A DNA stretch of 64,000 bases from Eledone cirrhosa (lineage: Eukaryota): contig CAXHJY010001675.1 in NCBI GenBank assembly GCA_964016885.1, forward strand, positions 19,157 to 83,156. The letters run 5' to 3'. Under the pieces are notes generated by a model, which did no database searches, had not been told where the DNA came from, and saw only the letters and a program-made list of their open reading frames with translations. The position numbers and the translations under genes are program-made. Below, in pieces: positions 49,195 through 64,000 of the stretch. Numbering within the stretch: the stretch's first letter is position 1; each line of letters starts with the position of its first letter.

Positions 49195-52100
49195 GCGGGG
49201 ACATAGAAATAATCGGGCTGGATGCCCGATCGCGCAGTTAAACCACTGGGAGTGAAGAACCCCTAGCCCTTGTTAGGGCATTCTTCTAGGAGAAGGCATC
49301 TCAGGAAACTGGGTTAACTCCGATATAAAACCTGCGGCTCAGTAGTTACCGATGATGTTGATCTTTTCTTCTTTTCGGGTTATAGCTGCTGTCGCTCAGA
49401 GAGTGGGATTGGCTCAGTGCACAGTCTTTCCTCACTTTAAAAATATTCGTCACGCACAGGCATTGCACGAGTGCATTAATAATCATTAATAGTGTACTAT
49501 TATTATTATTATTACTATTATTATTACTTTTTTTTTTTTTTTTTCCAATTCAATGATATTCCAGAACAATGTAAAAGAGATAATTGGCAATTTAGGTTCT
49601 GGAACAAAAAAGATCATTGGCAATAAGGGCAGGGGCCCCAAGTTATCACAGCCTGGGCCCGCTTGTCATCGTGCCACAGGGCATTTAGTCTTGGCTGCTG
49701 GAACGTACGGACGCTGCTTGACAGGGATTCTTTGGAGCGTCCTGAACGAAGGACCACTCTTGTTGCAAAGGAGCTTCGACGTTACGATCTTGACATCGTG
49801 GCTTTATCTGAGACGAGGTTAGCTGGAGATGGTCATCTTACGGAATTTTGTGGAGAATATACATTCTTCTGGAAAGGAAGAGATGAAGGAACCAGAAGAG
49901 AGGCTGGGGTAGGATTTGCTGTTAAGACTGTACTTGTGAATAAATTAGAAGAATTCCCAGTAGGGATTAGTGAGCGTCTTATGTCCATGAGAGTTCCGCT
50001 GGACAAGGGAAGATATGCTACCCTGGTGAGTGTGTATGCTCCAACTATGAATTCTGTCGATGAAGAAAAACTGTCCTTTTACCATGCCTTGAAAGGTGTT
50101 CTAAGAAATATCCCTCAGGCAGACAAAGTCATCGTGCTTGGTGACTTTAATGCTAGAGTGGGTAGGGATTTTAACACATGGAATGTAATCGGAAGGCATG
50201 GGGTGGGAAAGTGTAACAACAATGGTATGCTCCTGCTGCAGATGTGTGAGGAGCTGGATCTGTGTGTTACCAACACCATGTTCCAACAAAAGAACAAATT
50301 CAAGACCACACGGATGCATCCTGCATCTAAGGAATGGCATCTTTTGGACTACGTCCTAGTCAGGATGCGTGACAGACAGGATGTGCAGTGTGTTCGTGTT
50401 CTTCGTAGAGCTGAGTGCTGGACGGACCACCGCCTCGTACGCGCAAAAGTGAAACTAATCACCAAACGTAAAATCCGGGCTCCTGGTGTTACCCTGCCCA
50501 AAAGATTGAATGCTGCTCGTCTTAAGGATAAAAATGTGAAGAGGACATTGGAAGAAGAGATGCAGGCTGCAGATCTTGGTGAGGATTGGCCGACCCTTAA
50601 AAAGTCGGTTTATGATGTAGGCAGGCGTGTTCTGGGATTGGTGCAGAGAAAACATCAGGACTGGTTTAATGAGAATGATGTACATATAGAAGACTTGTTG
50701 GCTGATAAGAGGCGTGCTCTGTCACGCTACTTGACGGCAAAACCACAGGAGAGGAATACGTTGCATGAGGAGCTCAGGGATGTAAAATCACGTGTTAGGC
50801 GGAGTCTTTCTCAGATGAAGGATCAGTGGTGGAGTGAGAAGGCTGGTGAGATACAAACTGCGTCTGATTCCAATAACACAAAGCTGTTGTACAGTCTCTT
50901 GCGTGAGGTTTATGGACCGTCTTCTTCTCTGGTGACACCGCTTCACAGCAAGGATGGCAAAGAACTTCTTCGTGACTCACAGGGAATTCTATGAAGGTGG
51001 CGAGAGCACTTTGATGATCTTTTGAATCAGCCGTCTGTCGTCAGTGAAGATTTCCTCAATCTCATTCCAGAAAGTCCTGTGAAAGTAGCTCTCGCAGAAC
51101 CTCCGACGCTTGTGGAGGTTGCAGTGGCTATTTCGAAGCTGAACAGTGGAAGATCTCCAGGTATGGATGGCATACATGCTGAGCTCCTACAATATGGTGG
51201 TGAGAGACTCCTGCAACATCTTCACTCTTTGTTTGGAAGGATATGGGATAATGAATCCGTGCCTGAGGACTGGAGAGATGCAGTAATGGTGGTCTTGTAC
51301 AAGGGAAAGGGTAACAGGAATGATTGTGGGAACTACAGAGGTATATCATTGCTTTCTGTCGTAGGGAAAGTTTTATGTAGGGTGCTTCTGGACCGTCTGC
51401 TGACACACATTGCAGATTGTGTTCTTCCTGAAAGTCAATCTGGTTTTCGTGCTGGACGCGGCACTACTGATATGATCTTCTCAGCTAGACAGCTCCAGGA
51501 GAAGTGCATGGAGCAAGGTTTGGATATGTATCAGGTTTTTGTCGATCTGACAAAGGCTTTCGATACTGTCAACAGAGATGCATTATGGAAGGTTCTCCAG
51601 AAACTTGGTTGCCCTGATAAGTTCCTTGCTTTAGTTAGGTCTTTCCATGACGACATGAAGGCTTGGGTTAATGTCGGAGGTAACATATCGGAGCCTATCT
51701 CAGTAAAAAATGGAGTGAAACAGGGGGATATTCCAGCACCGACCCTGTTTGCCATATACTTCGCAATGGTTTTCTGTATTGCATTCAGGAATTGCGAGCA
51801 TGGTGTTTACATCCGATATCGAACCTCAGGCAGCATATTTAACATCAGGCGCTTTGCTGCGAAGACAAAAGTATTTACATCAATCATAAGAGACCTCTTG
51901 TATGCAGATGATTGCGATCTTGTAGCGCACACAGAGAGTGATATGCAGCACATTTTGAATGCATTTTCTGACGCTTGCACTGCCCTGGGTTTGACTGTCA
52001 GTCTCAAGAAAACCGTCGTCATGTACCAACCTGCCCCTAGTAAGCAGTACACTGAACCAAACATCTATGTGTATGGCAAACGACTTGGAGTGGTTGATCA

Positions 52101-53110
52101 GTTTGTCTACCTGGGAAGCACTGTCAATCGATACGGCAACCTTGACAGTGAAATCTCACTTAGGATTAGGAAAGCAAGTGATGCTTTCGGAAAGCTAGAA
52201 AGGCGACTCTGGGGTCGGCGAGACATATGCAGGAGGACAAAGGTAAAGGTGTACAGGGCATGTGTACTCTCTTGTCTTCTTTATGCCTGCGAGACCTGGG
52301 TCACATATCGACGCCACCTTAGGCAATTGGAGCGTTTCCATCAGATGTGTCTCAGACGGATCCATGGCGTTCACTGGAGGGACCACATCAGTGATGTCGA
52401 GATTTTGGAAAGCTCTATGTGTGACAGTATAGAAGCTCTTGTGCTTAAGCAACGACTCCGTTGGAGTGGTCACCTTGCCAGGATGAAGGATTCTAGAAGA
52501 ATACCAAAACAACTCTTCTATGGAGAGTTGGTTAAAGGAAAACGACCGCCACATAAACCAAAAAAGAGGTATAAGGATTCCTTGAAAGCCTCTCTGAAAG
52601 ACGCTAACATCTCTGCTGATACATGGGAAAATATTGCTGCTGATCGTAATAAATGGAGAAAGACTGTATATGAGGGAAAAGTTGCCTTTGAGGCATCTCG
52701 AATTGCACACAAGAAAGTAAAGCGGGATGTGAGGAAGGGCATTGCTGTTGCACTTCCAGACGGCGAGGGTCCTCCTATGGTGCTGACATGCAGCGTCTGT
52801 GCGAGACTCTGCCTAAGCAAAGCTGGACTCGAAAGTCATCTTCGCAGTCATAAAGTAAGACCAGTGGTTGACTCCCAGGCTGCTGTTGGAGATGCTACTC
52901 ATCATGCTTGCCAAACATGTGGTAGAGAATGTAAATCAGCAGGAGGGCTCAAGCGACATGCAAAAGTACACAAACTCCAACCACAACCGACTATTCCCAG
53001 TGAATGTTTTGGTTGCCGACTCTGTGCAAGACATTTTAGATCATTGGCTGGGCTAAAAAGCCACATTCGATCGCAGCACTGTTAGTTGCTATCGTGTGTG
53101 TGTGTAGATA
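49192..53110 (+). mobile_element. Near full-length RTE LINE (APE-RT-3xC2H2) with one in-frame stop
   Basis: GCWNVRTL, ALSETR, VYAPT, LGDFNARVG, LDYVLV, TDHRLV, FVDLTKAFD, GVKQG, LYADD, YLGS, three C-terminal C2H2 fingers. ORFs 49663-50994 and 51022-53085 share a frame across TGA 50992-94. Confidence 0.95.
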
Positions 53111-53376
53111 TGCTTGTGTGCGTGCGTGTGTGTGTATATATATATGAATATGTATATTATTATTGTTGTTGTCGTTATTATTATTATTGGTATTATTATT
53201 ATTATTATTATTGTTATTAATGTATGTGTGTGTATGTGTGTGTGTATGTGTATGTATGTGTGTATGTATATATGTATGTATGTATATATATATATATATA
53301 TTTTTTTTTAAATTATTTATTTATTATTATTATTATTTTTATTTTTATTTTTTTTCTTCTCGTGCAATGGCCATAC

Positions 53377-54400
53377 TCATCATCATCATTGTTTAATGTC
53401 TATCTTCCATGCTAGCATGGGTTTAGATGGGAATTGTCCCACTTGAGGCAAGATTGGTTGTTTTGCTCGTATAGGACTGTCTGGCGGGTTTTCTACGGCT
53501 GGATGCCCTTCCTAACACCAACCACGTTTATATATATACATATATATATCGTAGTAGTAAACTGGGCTAATAGGGGGGGGGGCAAAGAATGGTAAGTGTA
53601 TCCGTACAGGCAAGGGGTCAAGAGAAAGAAGTGGTGTGGGTGGGGGTAGGGGTGTTTAAATATACATATTATCATCATTATCATTGTTGTTTAAACAGGT
53701 GCTTTCCCTGCTAGCAAGAGTTGGATGGGTCTACACAGACCAATCAGTACCAAGGTGCAGCTACTGATCTTCCAGACAAGCCAGGGATCTGTCGTCTCAC
53801 TTATGTATGCTCTCTAGTTCTATCGAGTGTATAGGAGAGTTTGTCATGTCCTTTTCATGACTGAGGGGGTCCTCCCAGCCCTCACTTTGCCAAGTTTTCT
53901 ATGGCTGGATGCCCTTCCTATCACCAACCACTTTACAGAGTGTACTGGGTATGATTATCATGTCGATCACCAAGCACTAGGAAGTCTGTCATGTCCTTGA
54001 CATAACTGAAGGGTCCTCCCAACCCTTTGTTTGGCAAGCCCTCCATGGCTAGATGCCCGTCCCATCACCAGCCACATTACAAGTGGTCAGTGGCTAGGAA
54101 TGTGTGTGGGGTGGGGTGGCATAGGGTGGGGATGCAGGGGTAAGACAGGCCACATTGAATGCTACAGGTCAGGTCTTTTTCAGCATTGCACAATATCTGC
54201 CCTCACGGTCTTTTGTCATTTCTGTTGTGAGGTTTAATTTTTTAAAGGTCAGTTTACATGACCTCTTCCCAAGTTTTCCTGGATCTGCCTATTCTTTGTA
54301 TCCCAGCCACTCAGGTTTCCCTGAAGTTCTGTATGCATCTGTCATCTTCCATGCACATCACAAGTTCATACCAACTCAGTCTTCTGTCTTACACACATAT
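53377..54400 (-). mobile_element. RTE 3' UTR and 3'-ORF fragments
   Basis: Shared RTE tails at 53377-53530 and 53690-54400, with tandem sub-repeats containing GGATGCCCTTCCTA. Confidence 0.65.
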
Positions 54401-54416
54401 ATAATATATATATCTC

Positions 54417-56190
54417 ATTATGAGAGACTGATGAATGTGGAGAACGAATGGGAGAGAGAGAAATTACCCTTGGTAGATCCGACAGAGGGACCAGCTATTG
54501 AGATTGACGAATATAGGGTCCAAGAGGCGATTAGGGAAATGAAAAATGGTAAGGCGGCCGGACCATCGGGAATAGTTGCTGAGATGCTGAAGGCATCAGG
54601 GGACGTAGGCACTAAACTGGTTGCACGCATCATCAATCAGGCTATATATGGTGGTGTCATACCCAAAGACTGGTGCAGCAGTATTCTCATAAATTGCTAC
54701 AAAGGTAAAGGGGATGCTTTGGAGAGGAGCAATTATAGGGGTATAAAACTGATAGATCAGGTTATGAAAGTGGCAGAAAGGATTTTAGCACAACTAATTA
54801 GAGAAAGGGTCAAACTAGATGAGATGCAGTTTGGTTTTGTGCCTGGGAAGAGTACAACAGATGCCCTCTTCTTGGTGAGACAAATGCAAGAGAGGTTCTT
54901 AGAGAAGAATAAGCCACTATACTTAGCCTTTGTTGACCTAGAGAAGGCCTTTGATAGGGTACCCCGATCTGTCATCTGGTGGTCCCTAAGGAAGCTAGGT
55001 GTTGAGGAATGGCTTGTGAGGACAGTGCAAACTTTGTACAGAGGTTCTCTCAGTAAAGTCAGGGTAGGTATGGAGTTTAGTGAGGAATTCCAGATACAAG
55101 TAGGGGTACATCAGGGTTCGGTCCTCAGCCCGCTCTTGTTCATTATAGTCCTCCAAGCCATAACAGAGGAGTTTAAGACTGGCTGTCCATGGGAACTTCT
55201 CTACGCTGACGATCTGGCTCTTATAGCAGAATCAGTAGAGGAGCTAGAGAATAAATTCCGGCTATGGAAACAGCAGTTGGAAGCAAGAGGACTGAGAGTA
55301 AATCTAGCTAAGACAAAAGTGTTGATGAGTAGAAAAGAGGACAAAACCCTGATTCCGTCAGGGAAATGGCCATGTTCGATATGCAGAAAAGGAACTGGCA
55401 TAAATTCTATAAAATGCACACAATGCAGGTCCTGGGTACACAAGAGATGTAGCGGGATAGCAGGCAAACTAACAGGTAGGGAGAAATATGTATGCAGTAG
55501 ATGTACAGGGAAATTAGACAGTAGAAGTCGCACTGATAGACACATTTTTCAAATGCGAGAGGGCGCTATAGAAGTGGTGGATAGCTTCTGGTACCTAGGA
55601 GATCAGATTAGCATGGGAGGAGGGTGTTCCGAGGCCATAGTATCTAGAATAAGGACGGGTTGGAAGAAGTTTAGGGAGCTGCTTCCTCTGTTGACGAAGA
55701 AGGGTTTCTCCCTGCGTACGAAAGGCCGGTTGTATGATGCCTGTGTGAGGAGCGCGATGCTGCATGGTAGTGAGACATGGGCAGCAACCGCAGAGGATAT
55801 GCGACGGCTGGAGAGAAATGAGGCAAGCATGCTCCGTTGGATGTGCAATGTAAATGTGCGTGAACGACCCAGCATAAATGTGTTGAGAGAGAAACTGTGT
55901 CTGAGAGGGATAGAATGTAGTGTACGGGAGAGGAGACTGAGGTGGTATGGACATGTGATGCGCATGGAGGATGACCGATGGGTGAAGAAGTGCCAGTTGA
56001 AGGAAGACGTGGTAGAGGTAGACCACGAAAAACATGGGCGGAGGTGGTGAGAACAGACCTCAGATCATTGAAGCTCACGGTGGAGATGACGAGGGACCGT
56101 GACGAGTGGAGAGATGCTGTGCTGAATAAAACCCGTCCCACCCTTGCAAGCAGGGAAAAGCGGACGTAAAATGATGATGATGATGATGAT
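54417..56190 (+). mobile_element. Young 5'-truncated RTE LINE (RT with embedded PHD finger)
   Basis: Stop-free RT (NYRGIKL, FVDLEKAFD, GVHQGS, LYADD), a C4HC3 finger, one frameshift near 55995, (GAT)n tail. Confidence 0.93.
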
Positions 56191-56479
56191 TGCTTTATAT
56201 TTCTTTGTACATATATTCTCAGCACTTCAAAAGCCAAAACTTCAGCTTCATACATTATTTTATATATATATATATACATATATATATATAATAACTAGAA
56301 ATTGATTAACATATAAATAAACATGAATAATCACAGGAGATAATTTTTACAAGTGTGTAACCACACATAGCTAGGTAGATAACTAAATAAAGTTGACCAG
56401 AACTTCAAAAATAGATACCTTATGATATGATTAATCTTCCCTGTATATATTCCATTAAAGAAATATATTTCACCAATTA

Positions 56480-56652
56480 ATCGGATGGTAAACCACGGAA
56501 GTGGAGACTAATTTCTACAGCTGAGTAAGCTGGAGCAACGTGAAATAGTGTGTCTTACTCAAGGAAACAACACATCGCCCGGTCTGAGAGTTGAACTCAC
56601 AACCTTTCGATTGCGAGCCCAATGCTCTAACCACTAAGCCATGCGCCTTCAC
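56480..56652 (-). mobile_element. tRNA-derived SINE, second family (CORE/V-like middle)
   Basis: Minus strand: A-box TGGCTTAGTGG, B-box GAGTTCAACTC, then TCCTTGAGTAAGACAC. No 3' acceptor stem, so not a tRNA gene. Confidence 0.6.
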
Positions 56653-56718
56653 CTGTTGGGACCTGACAGCTGAGCTATTGCCATTTCAACAGCTAGCTCC
56701 ATACTGATTGCTGAAGGG

Positions 56719-56759
<41 letters not shown>

Positions 56760-56762
<3 letters not shown>

Positions 56763-56900
56763 AACTGATCAAGCCAGATCAGTTCCTGTATGAGCAAGGC
56801 ATGGTCAGCCGACCAGACACTGCCCACAACAGGACAACCCGTCTAACCCATGCTAGCGTGGAAGAACGGACGTAAAACGGTGATGATGATGATGATGATG
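56760..56900 (+). mobile_element. RTE 3' terminal fragment
   Basis: CCGTCTAACCCATGCTAGCGTGGAAGAACGGACGTAAAAC followed by (GAT)n. Confidence 0.75.
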
Positions 56901-61086
<4,186 letters not shown>

Positions 61087-61088
<2 letters not shown>

Positions 61089-62262
61089 CTCTTTTACTCT
61101 TTTACCTGTTTCAGCCATCCGGCTGAGGCCATGCTGGGGCACTGCCCTTGTTGCTACACATTTTATCTCCAGCCTGTATAGGTTGGCCACTGGTGTAAGA
61201 GGGAGTTTGTTGCTGCTGCCCTTAGGTTTCCCTCGTGTCTTGCTGTGGGCTCATCCGGGATCCTGGATAACAAGGTGTCGAGATGTTTCTTAAAGACATC
61301 CACCTCCACGTCATGCAAGTCTTTCAGATGCCTCGGCAGCCTGTTGAAGAGTTGAGGGCCCTTGAATCCCAGGCTATTGCAATACCTGCTCCTTATTCTA
61401 GATGTGGAAGACGGGACCTTTGGCACCACACAGTGACGTCCTGTTCGACGGTTGGTCCAGCTCCCAATGCCAAAGTTTGGTGCTAGTCCCTCCAGGATTT
61501 TCCACATGTAGATCACTGCGTATCTCTCCCGTCTTCGCTCCAAGGAGTAGAGGTTCAGTTCCTTCAGCCTCTCCCAGTAGCTTGTCTCCCTCATCTTGGC
61601 AATCCTCTTGGTGTAGCTTCGCTGGATTGCCTCAAGCTCTGTGGTTAGTTTCACACTATGGGGTGACCACAGCTGGGAGCAGTAGTCCAGGCGGCTTAGG
61701 ACAAAAGTCCTCCACAGTGTCAACATGGTGTCTCGATCTCTTGTAAGGAAAGTCCTCAAGATCCAGCCAGCGAATCGTCTACATGCTGTCGCCACCTTCA
61801 TGATGTGTGAAGAAAAAGATGCATCATCGCTCATGTCTATGCCCAGGTCTCGTATCGATTTTGACACGGGGATATCGGTCCCTCCTGGTCCTGTGTAGCT
61901 GTGTTCCGCTATATTTGTGTTTGTGTTTGCAGGTTTGTATTGTAGGGCTTGGAATTTGCCAGCATTAAACTGCATGTTGTTTTCTTCCGCCCATCTGTAT
62001 ATGGCATCCAGATCCTGCTGTAAGAGGGCAGCGTCAGCCGGGTTTTTGATTGCCTGTGCTACCTTAGTGTCATCAGCATAGCTAGTGAGGGATGTTGTTG
62101 CATGCACCACAGAGGGCATGTCCGAGAGAGCCACCAAAAACAGTAGTGGTCCCAGGACTGTCCCCTGAGGCACCCCACTTGTTATCGGTGTTTCCCTCGA
62201 GAGGGCCCCATTTGCTGCGACTGCCTGGCTTCTGTCCCTCAGGAAGCCATGCAGCCACTCAC
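61087..62262 (-). mobile_element. CR1/L2-group LINE, 5'-truncated, intact RT 3' half
   Basis: [50 protein letters not shown]; tail of (GAGTAAAA) units. Confidence 0.9.
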
Positions 62263-62263
62263 C

Positions 62264-62365
62264 TATATGTATGTATATATATATATATATGTATGTATAT
62301 ATATGTATATATATATGTATGTATATATATATATGTATGTATATATATATATATATATATGTATG

Positions 62366-62396
<31 letters not shown>

Positions 62397-62445
62397 GTAT
62401 GTATATATATATATATGTATGTATATATATATATATGTATGTATG

Positions 62446-62484
<39 letters not shown>

Positions 62485-62595
62485 ATATATATGTATGTAT
62501 GTTTATATATATGTATATATGTATGTTTATATATATGTATGTATGTATGTATGTTTATATATATGTATGTATGTATGTATATATATATATGTATA

Positions 62596-62641
<46 letters not shown>

Positions 62642-62690
62642 GTATGTATATATATATATATATATGTATGTATATATATATATATATATG

Positions 62691-62728
<38 letters not shown>

Positions 62729-62737
62729 GTATGTATG

Positions 62738-62768
<31 letters not shown>

Positions 62769-62789
62769 ATATATATATATGTATGTATG

Positions 62790-62884
<95 letters not shown>

Positions 62885-62926
62885 GTATGTATATATATAT
62901 ATATATATGTATGTATATATATATAT
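62264..62926. repeat. (TA)n/(TATG)n array
   Basis: Direct reading. Confidence 0.98.
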
Positions 62927-63150
62927 CATCATCATCATCATCATCCTTTAACGTCCGTGTTCCACGCTTGCATGGGTTTGGACGGGGGTTTTCCCACTTG
63001 AGGCAAGAGTGATTGTCTTGCTCGCATAGGACTGTCTGGCAGGCTTTCTACAGTTGGATGCCCTTCCTAACACCAACCACATTTACAGTGTGGGTCTGGG
63101 AGGTTTTTACCGTGTTGCCTACACGGCCACATTACAGCGTGGACTGTGTG
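62927..63150 (-). mobile_element. RTE 3' UTR, near-identical to 43767-43995
   Basis: About 220 bp match with only a few substitutions. Confidence 0.85.
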
Positions 63151-63493
63151 TAATGGCAATACAATATGAAAACAAAAAAGGAAATAAAGGAAGGAAAAAA
63201 AAATTTAGCAACAGGGATGGAGTGAGATTCTACACCCCAGTCTGAGCAGTACATTTCAGTTGTGCCTCACAGACAAAATGACAAAGACACTGCCTTAGAG
63301 AATTTCCAGCAGTACTCACTACAACAGTCACCCTAGATTGTGGAGCTAGTAAGAATGTTCATCGCAATACTGTTATTTTAAATATCTATTAAATTATAAT
63401 GTTATCTACTAAACTATCTTCATTATAATGTAATCATCTAAAATCTTATCTGACAAACTATAAAGTAAGAATTTTCATTGTATCGTTATTTAA

Positions 63494-63681
63494 TCCTTTA
63501 GCATTTACATTACTCTATATATACTATTGTATTTTCACTATAAAGGCTTTATCTCACCTGATATTGAATCTATTAGATTTTGATAACAATACCTTAAAAT
63601 AGGTATGAGTAGCCGGTTACAGCCAGTTTGAAAGAGGTGAAAGAATTCTGGCCAGATATGGCCTGTTTAAATGTTAAAGGG
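63494..63681. mobile_element. piggyBac-type MITE (same family)
   Basis: TTAA-TCCTTTAGCATTTA...TAAATGTTAAAGGG-TTAA. Confidence 0.75.
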
Positions 63682-63702
63682 TTAAAATGTTATCCAGCAT
63701 AC

Positions 63703-63811
63703 CTCCATTAACAAGAAGAGCTCTGCAATAAATAAAGACATTCTACAAAATCTTGGGACTGTTGCTGGAGATGATATCAATTCTGTTCTTGAGTTATATG
63801 CTTTCTCACAA
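63703..63811 (-). CDS. PAIP1: Internal coding exon of a MIF4G-domain gene, PAIP1-like
   Basis: Pyrimidine tract + TTTCAG acceptor, GTATGC donor, 109 nt encoding CEKAYNSRTELISSPATVPRFCRMSLFIAELFLLME. Resembles (from memory) vertebrate PAIP1 CRTEYE...RFHAFVLFLGELYLNLE. Confidence 0.6.
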
Positions 63812-63925
63812 CTGAAATAAAAGAGAAGAAATATTGAAGGATTAAATAACAAACATACATTGTTCATTATATGTCAGCCAAGACAATTTCCATATAGATA
63901 TGAAAGAGAAAGAAAAAGAGCCAAC

Positions 63926-64000
63926 CATCGGATTCGATCAAGGAAACCGTTTCCATTGGTCTTTCCATTGCTGATAGTATCTACTGGGCACAACAGAAGT
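63926..64000 (-). CDS. Probable preceding exon of the same gene (runs off the window)
   Basis: Open frame LLLCPVDTISNGKTNGNGFLDRIR, phase-2 donor GTTGGC compatible with the next exon, 114-nt intron. Confidence 0.4.

Noticed and set aside
54155-54416. N-terminal extension of the 631-aa RT ORF
   Set aside because: It is the antisense of an adjacent RTE fragment plus microsatellite; RT homology starts near 54417.
56575-56652. tRNA gene
   Set aside because: A and B boxes are present but there is no acceptor-stem closure, and it continues into a SINE body.

Overview
AT-rich, repeat-dense animal DNA, most likely from an octopod cephalopod. This is inferred from the [10 protein letters not shown]-type single-exon C2H2 arrays, RTE LINE tails, tRNA-derived SINEs and kilobase-scale (TA)n/(TATG)n arrays. 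Host genes: two single-exon C2H2 zinc-finger genes with decayed remnants, an intronless aldo-keto reductase whose catalytic Tyr and His are replaced (probable pseudo-enzyme), and two exons of a PAIP1-like MIF4G gene at the right edge. Mobile DNA dominates: a nearly intact RTE LINE ending in three C2H2 fingers, its internally deleted derivative, many RTE copies with a PHD finger inside the RT ORF, CR1-type and CRE-type LINE pieces, a compact 4-kb Gypsy element, SINEs, and Tc1/mariner, piggyBac and hAT MITEs. Signals not shown by the ORF track include five type-I hammerhead-ribozyme-like motifs in three families (Penelope/retrozyme-like context) and a MITE that truncated the large ZNF gene and supplies its stop codon. 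Everything was read by eye; no searches or folding programs were run.
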